Shown: piece by piece, positions 28,253-36,615 of the stretch
How the letters are laid out: every line of letters starts with the position of its first letter
Numbering within the stretch: position 1 is the first letter of the stretch
Assembly (NCBI GenBank): GCA_965267575.1
Contig: OZ254086.1
Coordinates: 3,808,001-3,872,000, forward strand
Reading direction: 5' to 3'
DNA length: 64,000 nt
Source: Calditrichales bacterium
GTDB taxonomy: Bacteria > Calditrichota > Calditrichia > Calditrichales > J004
Program-made: the position numbers and the translations under genes
The notes under the pieces: model-generated
What the model was told of the DNA's origin: nothing
Seen by the model: the letters and a program-made list of their open reading frames with translations, nothing else
Databases searched by the model: none

Positions 28253-28478
28253 TCAGCCAACATACATTTGCCACGATTGCGGGCGCAACTATCTCAACAA
28301 AAACGACTTTGTATGTACCTATCATGTGGGTACGTGTGATGTGTGCGGTAAAGACACAAGCATTACGCACGTGAGAAATTATAACTGGCTAAAACGGGAG
28401 CGTAAGGTTTCGACGCACAGCGCGGACGGCGGTTCGACTCCGCCCGCTTCCACCATAGGAAAAAGACATGCCCGATAA
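28239..28478 (+). CDS. Small zinc-ribbon protein; 3' end overlaps the tmRNA-like RNA
   Basis: CHDCG...CDVCG; aggtg RBS. Confidence 0.55.
   Translation: MNLSSQPTYICHDCGRNYLNKNDFVCTYHVGTCDVCGKDTSITHVRNYNWLKRERKVSTHSADGGSTPPASTIGKRHAR
28396..28455 (+). ncRNA. Minimal tmRNA-like RNA (tRNA-like domain only)
   Basis: GGGAGCG/CGCTTCC acceptor with G3.U70, stemless D-loop TAAGGTTTCGAC, tiny central hairpin, GGAC, T-arm GGCGG-TTCGACT-CCGCC, ACCA end. Confidence 0.78.
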
Positions 28479-29310
28479 AGAAAAACTCCTGCGCATCATA
28501 AAGCAGCGCGAAAAAAACATCACCGAAATCCCGCGCCAATTCATCGATGGCATGGAAAGCACCCAATCCGAGCTATACCGCGAGCTGCAAACGCTGGTTA
28601 AAGAGATGGACACCAAGGGCAACCGCCTGCAAAACAACCGCTTTAACATCTCCATGCTTAACCGCATGCGCGATAAATTCCGCGAATGGCTGCGCGACGC
28701 CGGCTATTACGAACAGATCACCGAATTCGGCAAAAGCTACAAAACCATTCTGGACCAGGCCGACAGCTACTTTATGGAACTGGGCTTTGAAGGCACCCTG
28801 ACCGACCGCGACCTGAACACCCTGCGCCAGATCACCCGCGATGATCTCAGTTTTATGCGCAGCCGCGATAAAGACGTGCTTAACACCACCTATGAAACCA
28901 TCGTCAACGGGATACACTCCCGCCGCGACTGGCGCGATCTGGACAAAGCTTTGCGCGATCTGCATACAGACACCAAAGAAGCGCGCGGGCTGCTTAAACG
29001 CTACATCGGCACCTACAGCAACACCGCCTTTGCCGCCTTCGATCGCCGCGTCATGCAGATCAAGGCCAACCAGTTCAACATAGATCTGTTCCTGTTTGCC
29101 GGCAGCTCGCTAAAAGACAGCCGTGAATTCTGCATGCAGCGCGTAGACAAAGTATTCACCCGCGACGAGATCAACGCCTGGCAGGAACAGCAATGGCAGG
29201 GCAAAAAACGCGGCGGCAACGTCTGGATATACCTGGGCGGCTACAACTGCACCCACAGCCTAAACCCCATCAGCGAAGAAATGGCAAAGGAGTTTGGTTA
29301 TGCTGCTTAA
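28468..29310 (+). CDS. Minor head / head morphogenesis protein
   Basis: After portal; DSREFC and GGYNCTH C-terminal motifs. Confidence 0.78.
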   Translation: MPDKEKLLRIIKQREKNITEIPRQFIDGMESTQSELYRELQTLVKEMDTKGNRLQNNRFNISMLNRMRDKFREWLRDAGYYEQITEFGKSYKTILDQADSYFMELGFEGTLTDRDLNTLRQITRDDLSFMRSRDKDVLNTTYETIVNGIHSRRDWRDLDKALRDLHTDTKEARGLLKRYIGTYSNTAFAAFDRRVMQIKANQFNIDLFLFAGSSLKDSREFCMQRVDKVFTRDEINAWQEQQWQGKKRGGNVWIYLGGYNCTHSLNPISEEMAKEFGYAA

Positions 29311-29428
29311 TATTTTGCAATGGTTTAAGGGATTGTTTTCGCTGCACAGTCTATACATCGGCGCGCTCGTCGCGCTGGTTATCTTATGGCTTATCGTCTA
29401 TTGGCACAAAATGGAAGAGAAACCTTGA
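29300..29428 (+). CDS. Small single-TM protein (42 aa)
   Basis: aggag RBS; MLLNILQWFKGLFSLHSLYIGALVALVILWLIVYWHKMEEKP. Confidence 0.45.
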   Translation: MLLNILQWFKGLFSLHSLYIGALVALVILWLIVYWHKMEEKP

Positions 29429-29530
29429 CATAAGACAAAAAATAGGCCATATTTCAAACACATAGTAATCGACCGTTTTTAAAAAGCGGAGATGTTACGG
29501 CTTCATGCCGGCGCATCTCCGTTTTTTTTT
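29425..29530 (+). promoter_or_regulatory. Late promoter-leader-terminator unit 2 (before tRNA/scaffold/capsid)
   Basis: TTGACA-17-CATATT; TCGACCG box; AAGCGGAGATG...CATCTCCGTT stem plus T run. Confidence 0.78.
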
Positions 29531-29552
29531 GTCCAAAAATGAAAAATTTGAT

Positions 29553-29624
29553 CGCACCGTGGAGCAGAGGCAGCTCGTTGGGCCCATACCCCAAAGGTCG
29601 CGGGTTCGAATCCCGCCGGTGCTA
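29553..29624 (+). tRNA. Phage tRNA-Met(CAT), initiator-type
   Basis: C1xU72 mismatch, A11:U24, three G:C pairs in the anticodon stem (TTGGG-CCCATAC-CCCAA), TTCGAAT T-loop; CCA not encoded. Confidence 0.88.
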
Positions 29625-29696
29625 CTAAATATCTCTGGTCGGCGGACTAAAACCGTAAACCGGGTTGGCAAACCTTAAACCATGTAGGAGCACACA

Positions 29697-30440
29697 ATGG
29701 CAATCAAGATTCTTAACGAATCCGAAGACGGCAAACAGGTAACCGTAGCCAAAGAAGAGCTGGAAAGCCTGGAAGAGGCAGCCACGCAAAACTTCAACAA
29801 AGGCTACAACAAAGCCAAGGATAAATTCCTTGACGAAGGCCGCAAACAGGTGCTGTCCAAACTGGATTTTCTCGATATAGACGCGGACGACTTTGACGGT
29901 TCTATCCAGAACGTCAAACAAACATTCGAATCGCTTAAAAAATCCAGCGGGAAAGGGTCCGAGCAGATTGCCGCGCTCCAGGAACAACTCAACAAAAAAA
30001 CGAATGCACTTGAGAAGGTAGAAGGCGAATTCAACGCCTTTAAAACAAACATGCTGATTGACAACAAGGTCAAGGATCTGGCCGCGCAGAATAAGGCGGT
30101 CAACCCGGCGCACGCCACGCTGCTGTTTAAAAACGAATTCCCCGTGGAAGTGGATGGCGACAATGTGCTGGTTAAAAATCCCCAAACCGGCAACCCCATG
30201 TTTGATGAAAAAGGCGATCCGGTCACGCTGGATAAAGTCTTTTCCGAAAAATTTGTCAAAAACAACCCGCACCTGTTTCAGGGCAGCGGGCAGGGCGGCA
30301 GCGGCGGCGGCGGCTCCGACTTCGGGCACGTCACCAAACTCTCCGACCTTAAATCGGATTCAGACAAATCCAAATTTATTCAGCAGCATGGCCTGGAAGC
30401 CTACCGCAACCTTATCGACGGTGCGCAAGATAAAGGATAA
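29697..30440 (+). CDS. Capsid scaffolding protein
   Basis: Coiled-coil acidic protein with NPHLF and a Gly-rich linker, directly before the MCP. Confidence 0.8.
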   Translation: MAIKILNESEDGKQVTVAKEELESLEEAATQNFNKGYNKAKDKFLDEGRKQVLSKLDFLDIDADDFDGSIQNVKQTFESLKKSSGKGSEQIAALQEQLNKKTNALEKVEGEFNAFKTNMLIDNKVKDLAAQNKAVNPAHATLLFKNEFPVEVDGDNVLVKNPQTGNPMFDEKGDPVTLDKVFSEKFVKNNPHLFQGSGQGGSGGGGSDFGHVTKLSDLKSDSDKSKFIQQHGLEAYRNLIDGAQDKG

Positions 30441-30445
30441 TTACA

Positions 30446-31438
30446 ATGGCTGATGCTATTACCATATCCTCGGATATGAAGATATACGAAGCGGAGTTTA
30501 ACGCGGGCGTATATGAAGCGCTGTATCAAAACAGTAACATCTTCAACGCCGCCACGAACAACGCCATCCGCATGTTCACTCAGGTACATCAGGGCAACTA
30601 CCTGAAAAATGCCTACTTCAAGCAGATTAGCAGCCTGGTAACACGCCAGGACATCACCAGCATCTCCGCCGTGGATTCCAAAAAGCTGGAACAGGCCGAA
30701 GAAGTTGGTGTAAAGCTGCATCGCAAAATCGGCCCTGTGCAGTATGCGCGTAAATCGTTTAAAATGGCCGGTTTGGAAACGCCGGAAGGCTCCATGGCTT
30801 TGGGACGCCTGGTAGGTGACGCTGTTCTGCAGCGCATGGCCAGCGATGCCATTATCGCCCTTAAAGGTGCCATCACCAGCGTTTCGGCTCTGCAAAACGA
30901 CATCACCGGCGAAGCCACGCCAACAGCCAACTTTAGCGCGCTAAACAATACGCGCCTCAAGTTTGGCGACCAGCTTGCACAGCTGCGCGCATGGCTCAGC
31001 CACAGCAAGCCTTTTGGCAATGTGGTTGGCGACGGTCTGTCCAACTATTCGTTTGATTCGGTTGCCGGCGCCCTGGTAGCCCGTGGCAATCTGCCCGGCT
31101 ATTTTAACGCACCGGTTATCGTCAGCGATAACAGCAACCTCAAAAACTCAACGCCAACCCCTGCGGAATATTACACCTTTGGCCTGAAAGAAATGGCCGT
31201 AACGGTGCTGCAGAGCGAACTGCAGGAAATTGTTATCCGCAACGTAACAGGCCTTGAGCAGCTTACGATTGAAATCCAGGGCGAATACGCCAATACCGTA
31301 CTGGTAGACGGCTTTGCCTGGAACACAAGCGCAGGCGGCTCCAACCCGTCCGACTCCACGCTTGCAACCACAACCAACTGGACGCAGGTGCGCACGGATA
31401 CCGTTGGCCTGGGTGGCGTCGTTATGGTGTCTCAATAA
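30446..31438 (+). CDS. Major capsid protein
   Basis: 330 aa after scaffold; IFNAATNNAI, GFAWN...NPSD..LATTTNW...GV C-terminus. Confidence 0.85.
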   Translation: MADAITISSDMKIYEAEFNAGVYEALYQNSNIFNAATNNAIRMFTQVHQGNYLKNAYFKQISSLVTRQDITSISAVDSKKLEQAEEVGVKLHRKIGPVQYARKSFKMAGLETPEGSMALGRLVGDAVLQRMASDAIIALKGAITSVSALQNDITGEATPTANFSALNNTRLKFGDQLAQLRAWLSHSKPFGNVVGDGLSNYSFDSVAGALVARGNLPGYFNAPVIVSDNSNLKNSTPTPAEYYTFGLKEMAVTVLQSELQEIVIRNVTGLEQLTIEIQGEYANTVLVDGFAWNTSAGGSNPSDSTLATTTNWTQVRTDTVGLGGVVMVSQ

Positions 31439-31455
31439 CCCGTTAAGGTGTTACC

Positions 31456-31755
31456 ATGGCAGATAAAAGAAAAGTAGCCGTCGTCTTTCACCTGCATAAA
31501 CCGTACGACCTGGCCGCAAAAATCAACGCGGTTGGCGATGAACTGGAAGAGCAGGGCTACAGGGTAATCCACAAAACGCTGGAACTGTACGACACAAAGC
31601 ATGACGCCGTTGCCAATGCGCACACGGTAATCGTGCCGGATATTGCCGGACAGGAACAGGTTAAAAAGGATTTTGCCGGCGCCGATGTGCAGGTTATTTC
31701 CCTGCAGCAGAAAACGGCGGCTAAAACTAAAACCAAAACCAAAGCAGGTAAATAA
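31456..31755 (+). CDS. Phage hypothetical protein
   Basis: After MCP; Lys-rich tail. Confidence 0.65.
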   Translation: MADKRKVAVVFHLHKPYDLAAKINAVGDELEEQGYRVIHKTLELYDTKHDAVANAHTVIVPDIAGQEQVKKDFAGADVQVISLQQKTAAKTKTKTKAGK

Positions 31756-32225
31756 TGGCTGTTGGCGATTGGAGTGCGGTCACTCTCTGCACCTATAGCG
31801 ACTTGCAGGATCATTACCCCGATGTGCTGGAACTCACCGGCGAATCCGGGGCCACTGCACAAAGCACCACCAACGACTGGTGCACGCGCGCGCAGGAAGA
31901 AATCGGCCTTCGTCTGGATGACGTTTTGCGCCAGAAATACGCCCAAAACGACTACACCACCAGCGAAGACCTGAAAGACCATATCTCCAATGCCACGGTT
32001 TTGCAACTGGCCTGCATCTATCTCGCCCTGGCCAAGATGTTCAAAGATAACGTCATCCATAAGGGCGATTACTACAACACCCGACAGCTGGAATACGAAA
32101 TGCTGTACGGGGATGAATTGGACAGCGCGATCGGGCGCCTGCGCTTTGATCAGGACAAAGACGGCTCCATCGACGACCCGGAGATGGCGCAGGGTACCGG
32201 CCGTTACCGCTTCGACCGCGTCTAA
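31755..32225 (+). CDS. Probable head-tail adaptor
   Basis: Position, size and helical pattern (LQLACIYLAL..F). Confidence 0.6.
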   Translation: MAVGDWSAVTLCTYSDLQDHYPDVLELTGESGATAQSTTNDWCTRAQEEIGLRLDDVLRQKYAQNDYTTSEDLKDHISNATVLQLACIYLALAKMFKDNVIHKGDYYNTRQLEYEMLYGDELDSAIGRLRFDQDKDGSIDDPEMAQGTGRYRFDRV

Positions 32226-32251
32226 AACCTTAAACATAAGGACCGAATCAA

Positions 32252-32797
32252 ATGAAACGCACACTCTCTTTTGTTCTTTTGTGCCTGCTCTCCGTGGGCA
32301 TGTTGTTTGCCGCGGATCGCAAAAACGCCGCCGCCGACAGCGACTCCTGGCGCGAAGGCCCGACCTTTGTAGTCTACGAAGACACGCTGATGTTTGCCGA
32401 CGGCGAAAAGACCGACAACGTCTACAGCCAGGCCTTGTGGATCGCCGACGCCAACCTGGAATATGGCCAGATCAGCGCCTGGTGCTCCGACGGCACCGGC
32501 ACCGAAGATGTTGACATTTACGTGGAATATTCAGCCGACCCTTCTGCTGCGGACAGCTCTTTTAGCGGAAGCGCGACGGCCTATCTGGACCAGGTACAAA
32601 CAACCGCGAAATGGGACACTTTAGGTATTGATCCGGCAACTCTTAAACAAGACCGCATGCGCGGCGCCCTGTGGGTACGCATTAAAGCCGATGGACAAAC
32701 AGGAAATCCCGCAAATACCATACTGCACTACTCGCTCTTTTTCCACAAAAAGACGAACGCGCCATTGAGTACCATGCGGGCAAAATCGGCGGATTAA
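32252..32797 (+). CDS. Beta-rich protein with signal peptide in the head-neck module
   Basis: MKRTLSFVLLCLLSVGMLFA signal peptide; jelly-roll-like C-terminus (WVRIKADG). Confidence 0.7.
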   Translation: MKRTLSFVLLCLLSVGMLFAADRKNAAADSDSWREGPTFVVYEDTLMFADGEKTDNVYSQALWIADANLEYGQISAWCSDGTGTEDVDIYVEYSADPSAADSSFSGSATAYLDQVQTTAKWDTLGIDPATLKQDRMRGALWVRIKADGQTGNPANTILHYSLFFHKKTNAPLSTMRAKSAD

Positions 32798-32801
32798 AGC
32801 A

Positions 32802-33350
32802 ATGGCCAAGTGGGTGGATATTGTAGGCGTAGACGTTGTTCTGAAAAAGTTTGACCAACTGCGCGTCAAAGTGCAGGAAGGCCAGATTCCTTTTTTGCTG
32901 GCCGGCGATTTGAAAAACATGATCCAGAAGCGCAGCAAGGAAGGGCAGGGGCTGGATGGCGCTTTTGATTCGTACAGCACCACGCCCTACTACCGCGATG
33001 CCAAAGAGCGCCCCGTGGGTAAAGGCGGCCGCCGCACCAGTAAAAGCGGCCGTCCCATGCAAACCATCTTTTACGAAGGTGGCTACAAGCAGTTTGCGGA
33101 GCTAACCAAAGGCACCGGCAGTCAAGTAACCCTGCACGCTTCGGGTGCCATGTTCCGCAACTTCCAGCCCACGCTGGTAAGCAAAGACGTGGCTAAGATC
33201 ATGTTCAACAGCAGCCGCGAGATGTTCAAGGCGATCTATGTTAACCGCCAGCGGCCGTTTATCGGGGCCAGACAAGCCGAACGTGTACGCCTGCAAAACC
33301 GCTTCGCCGACTTGCTAAACAACCTGACCAACCGGCTGGGACTTACATGA
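32802..33350 (+). CDS. Neck / tail-completion protein
   Basis: Basic; TLHASGAMF and RPFIG motifs; position. Confidence 0.65.
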   Translation: MAKWVDIVGVDVVLKKFDQLRVKVQEGQIPFLLAGDLKNMIQKRSKEGQGLDGAFDSYSTTPYYRDAKERPVGKGGRRTSKSGRPMQTIFYEGGYKQFAELTKGTGSQVTLHASGAMFRNFQPTLVSKDVAKIMFNSSREMFKAIYVNRQRPFIGARQAERVRLQNRFADLLNNLTNRLGLT

Positions 33351-33793
33351 GCAGCTATTTTTTGCACAGCGAACTGAGTGCCATCAAAAGCACAATAGAC
33401 AGTACCATCGCCCCAAAAAAAACGGTGATCGGTACCAACTTTAAAGTCGCCAGGCAAAACCTGCCCATGTACATCATCACGCTGGATGTGGGAACGGCTG
33501 AACACCATGTGCGCCTGAACGGGGATTTGCACATCATCGGCATCTATGAAGAAATAGACAAAGATGACGGCAGCTCCACGCTGATGAAAACCGTGCTGGA
33601 CGCCATGGAAGAACTCATCATTCAGATGCGCGAAGCCTATCCGAACCTGGGGCACAACAGGTTCCAGTATTACATAAATGATAATGTTTTCAGTGTCTTT
33701 GGTGAGATTAACAACTTCCCGTTGCTCTCGCCCTTCGGCGGATTCCGGATTACATATCCCAACTTCCGCATGGACCTGCAAAGTAACAGCTAA
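33347..33793 (+). CDS. Probable tail terminator
   Basis: Size and position just before the tail tube gene. Confidence 0.55.
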   Translation: MSSYFLHSELSAIKSTIDSTIAPKKTVIGTNFKVARQNLPMYIITLDVGTAEHHVRLNGDLHIIGIYEEIDKDDGSSTLMKTVLDAMEELIIQMREAYPNLGHNRFQYYINDNVFSVFGEINNFPLLSPFGGFRITYPNFRMDLQSNS

Positions 33794-33810
33794 GTCTGGA
33801 GAATAAAAAA

Positions 33811-34233
33811 ATGTCAAAAGATGCAACCAAAATCTTCGGTGGCCCTGTAAAGACCATCGAAATTGATACGGATTCCGGCTTTGGCTCGGCCAATAACCTC
33901 GGTTATGCGTCGGCCGAATGCGAAATCACCTGGGAACCGGCGCCTGTGGAAACCAGCGTCGGCCAGATGTTTCAACCCAAGGGTATAGGCAAGATCAAAC
34001 TTGTGCTGCAACAAACCGACCAAACTAAGCTTGGTTACCTTAAAACAGCCCGCACCACCGAGCACTATGTTAGGGTAACGGATTACAATGATGTGGCCAG
34101 AGCAACTCAAGTGCCAATGTTTCTGAATTATAAACCAATTAATCCTTATAATGCTCAGGACGTACACACGTTTGAGGTCACCGCACAGATTGCCACGGAA
34201 GAGCCTGACGACTTTGTTGATTTCCAGGCTTAA
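33811..34233 (+). CDS. Probable major tail tube protein
   Basis: MSKDATKIFGGP..LGY N-terminus; position. Confidence 0.6.
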   Translation: MSKDATKIFGGPVKTIEIDTDSGFGSANNLGYASAECEITWEPAPVETSVGQMFQPKGIGKIKLVLQQTDQTKLGYLKTARTTEHYVRVTDYNDVARATQVPMFLNYKPINPYNAQDVHTFEVTAQIATEEPDDFVDFQA

Positions 34234-34272
34234 TGAATAACCCTTTAACCGGGGTTAGAACGGGAGAATACA

Positions 34273-35157
34273 ATGGGCAAAGATGCCACATTAATCTACG
34301 GCGGCGGTGGAGATGTTACTCTTTACGATGCCACCAACGGTTATTACAGTTTGGGTTATCTTTCAGAATTGAGTTACGTCGGAGATCCGGCATTAACGCC
34401 AACGGTGCGTGGACAAAATTTTCAGTTCTTGACGATCTATAAACTGACAGTAAGAAACCTGCAAACCAACCAGGCATTACTTACTGAGCTCAAAAACCGC
34501 CGCACTTTGGACCAAACCATATACATTGCCGGCGCGGGCAAATTGTACACGCTTAGCAACATGGCGATTAGTTACGGATACCAGGCGCCGCATAACACCT
34601 CCGACCCGCACGCTTTTGTGCTTACCGCCCAAACCGGAGTAGAACACAGCATGGCCGAAAACCTGTTTGGCGCCGTTGGTAAATTTGAAAATGATACAAA
34701 CAGCGACGGCTTGGCAGACGGTTGGGCTGAAGGCGGTACTTTAGATGGTAAATCTATCCTGTCTTCGCACCTGGCCGGTGGCGGTAATGCTCAGCAAATT
34801 GATGTTACTGCCGGAAACACGGCATCCATCAATGAAACCATACTGGCGCCTTTTATCAGCCCGATGAAAGTGACCTTTTCATTTTACGCGAAAGCACGTA
34901 CAGCCAGCCAGTTCAACACGCGGCTCGTTATATATGATACAGGCGGGTCAACGATACAGACAAAAAACAAATCGTTCAGTATGACACTCAACGAAGAAAC
35001 GCGCCAGGAGCATAGTGTTTGGTTGGACCCGGGCGGTACGCTGGTGAAAAATATCCAGGCTTATATTATGGGTGACGGTTCCAATGCCGCCGATTTGCTG
35101 ATTGACAACGCGCAACTGGAATTTGCCAGCGCCGCGCGCACCTTCCGGGATGAGTGA
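34273..35157 (+). CDS. Tail-tube-like protein with C-terminal carbohydrate-binding-like domain
   Basis: MGKDATLIYGGG..LGY N-terminus; FENDTNSDGLADGW...TFSFYAK...IDNAQLE. Confidence 0.65.
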   Translation: MGKDATLIYGGGGDVTLYDATNGYYSLGYLSELSYVGDPALTPTVRGQNFQFLTIYKLTVRNLQTNQALLTELKNRRTLDQTIYIAGAGKLYTLSNMAISYGYQAPHNTSDPHAFVLTAQTGVEHSMAENLFGAVGKFENDTNSDGLADGWAEGGTLDGKSILSSHLAGGGNAQQIDVTAGNTASINETILAPFISPMKVTFSFYAKARTASQFNTRLVIYDTGGSTIQTKNKSFSMTLNEETRQEHSVWLDPGGTLVKNIQAYIMGDGSNAADLLIDNAQLEFASAARTFRDE

Positions 35158-36029
35158 TGAGCCGTGATGCTGCCAAGATTTTCAGCGGGCCGGGAGAAAT
35201 AACCCTCTACGACGCCAGCAACGGCTACAACTGGCTGGGCTATGTGGACGATATCGATGTGCGCGGCAAAGCATTGTATCACGATATCATCGATGGCAAC
35301 AGGCGTTACTACGGCCAACAGTACGATCTGCGCGTAGAGCTGCACCAGAGCGATCAAGCCCTGCTCGATGATCTGGTCACCCGCGCCGCCACCCGCCAGA
35401 CAATCTATATTGTTGGGCTTAACAATATGGTTACGCTCAGCAATATGTTTATTGCCCCAAACCACGACGCGCCTTTTGATGACCGCCAGGTGCATTTGAT
35501 AGAGCTGCGCGCCCGCACAAAAGTGGCCGCCGATATGAGCAAAAGCCAGAGCCTTCTCGGCACATCCGGCAAGATGGAAACCTTTACCGGCGGCGTGGCC
35601 GATAGCTGGTCTACCGATAGTGCAACCGCCAGCAGCGGCACCTCGCACCTCTCCGGCGGCGGAAACGAGCAGCGCATTACCCTGGATACAGAATATTTCC
35701 GGCAGGATGTTACGGCGCCCTTTGAAATACCGCGCCGCATAACTGCCAGCGCCTACGTGATAGACCGCTCCGGAAGCGGCGTTTCCGTGGCTTATATCGG
35801 CTTTGTTCTGCTGGACAGCGCCGGCAGCGTCATAAGCACCCACGAAGATACTTTTTCTCTGGGTTCCAGCGCTTCCGGACGCCAAAGCTACACGGCCATC
35901 ATCTCGCCATCGGAACCGGTAGCACAGATACGCGCGCAGATACGCGAGCCGGGCACGGCCCCGGCCAACATCGGCATAGACAATTTTCAGCTGCAATTTG
36001 GCAGGCTGACCGCCTTTGCGGACAACTAA
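35154..36029 (+). CDS. Paralogous tail-tube-like protein with carbohydrate-binding-like domain
   Basis: Shares TLYDA.NGY..LGY, QTIYI, TLSNM, SHL.GGGN.Q and IDN.QL.F with the previous gene. Confidence 0.65.
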   Translation: MMSRDAAKIFSGPGEITLYDASNGYNWLGYVDDIDVRGKALYHDIIDGNRRYYGQQYDLRVELHQSDQALLDDLVTRAATRQTIYIVGLNNMVTLSNMFIAPNHDAPFDDRQVHLIELRARTKVAADMSKSQSLLGTSGKMETFTGGVADSWSTDSATASSGTSHLSGGGNEQRITLDTEYFRQDVTAPFEIPRRITASAYVIDRSGSGVSVAYIGFVLLDSAGSVISTHEDTFSLGSSASGRQSYTAIISPSEPVAQIRAQIREPGTAPANIGIDNFQLQFGRLTAFADN

Positions 36030-36035
36030 TAACAC

Positions 36036-36099
36036 CGTCACCCTGAACTCGTTTCAGGGTCTGCTATCGTTAAGATGCTGAAACAAGTTCAGCATGACG
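36036..36099. repeat. REP-like inverted doublet
   Basis: CGTCACCCTGAACTCGTTTCAGGGTCT ... AGATGCTGAAACAAGTTCAGCATGACG: two small hairpins in inverted orientation. Confidence 0.65.
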
Positions 36100-36121
36100 A
36101 GAAAATATCAACGGAGGTCTT

Positions 36122-36484
36122 ATGAGCGATAAAATTAAAATAGGCGACTATACCTTCACGGTGAAGCGCCTTACCGTCGGGCAATCGGCGCAGGTGGCGC
36201 AGCTGCTGGATGGCGCGGCAGACCAGCAAAAAGGATTGCTGGGCATCATCGGCAACGCCATGGCCAAGTTCGACGCCTTCGCCAAAATCATCTTTGCCGG
36301 GCAGGAAGGGGTGGACGCGATCGATTTTAACAATCAGCCCGTTGAAAAGTTTGAAGAGGTGCTCACCGCCTTTAAAAAAAAGAATCCGAAGATTTTGGAG
36401 TATGCGAGCAGCTGGCTGAAAAATTTGGGCTTGAGCGTGGCGGAATTACAGACAACGTACAAAAAGGCCACTGGCGCGAGCTAA
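36122..36484 (+). CDS. Tail assembly chaperone (G-like) with probable -1 frameshift extension to 36612
   Basis: Before the tape measure gene; in-frame A-AAA-AAG at 36376-36382; -1 frame open to TAA 36610-36612. Confidence 0.75.
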   Translation: MSDKIKIGDYTFTVKRLTVGQSAQVAQLLDGAADQQKGLLGIIGNAMAKFDAFAKIIFAGQEGVDAIDFNNQPVEKFEEVLTAFKKKNPKILEYASSWLKNLGLSVAELQTTYKKATGAS

Positions 36485-36615
36485 TGGTTTACCATGCCTG
36501 CGAAGGTGACCCGGCCGGTTATGATCACATTTGGAACAACTGGACCATGCCCGACCTCTACCGCCATGTGGGAATGAAAAACTACCTGTATCGTAAAGCG
36601 CAACAGGAATAATAA

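Noticed and set aside
28396..28455. Ordinary tRNA or ssrA attachment-site remnant
   Set aside because: No anticodon arm or D-stem; both tmRNA ends are present and it lies mid-prophage, not at a boundary.
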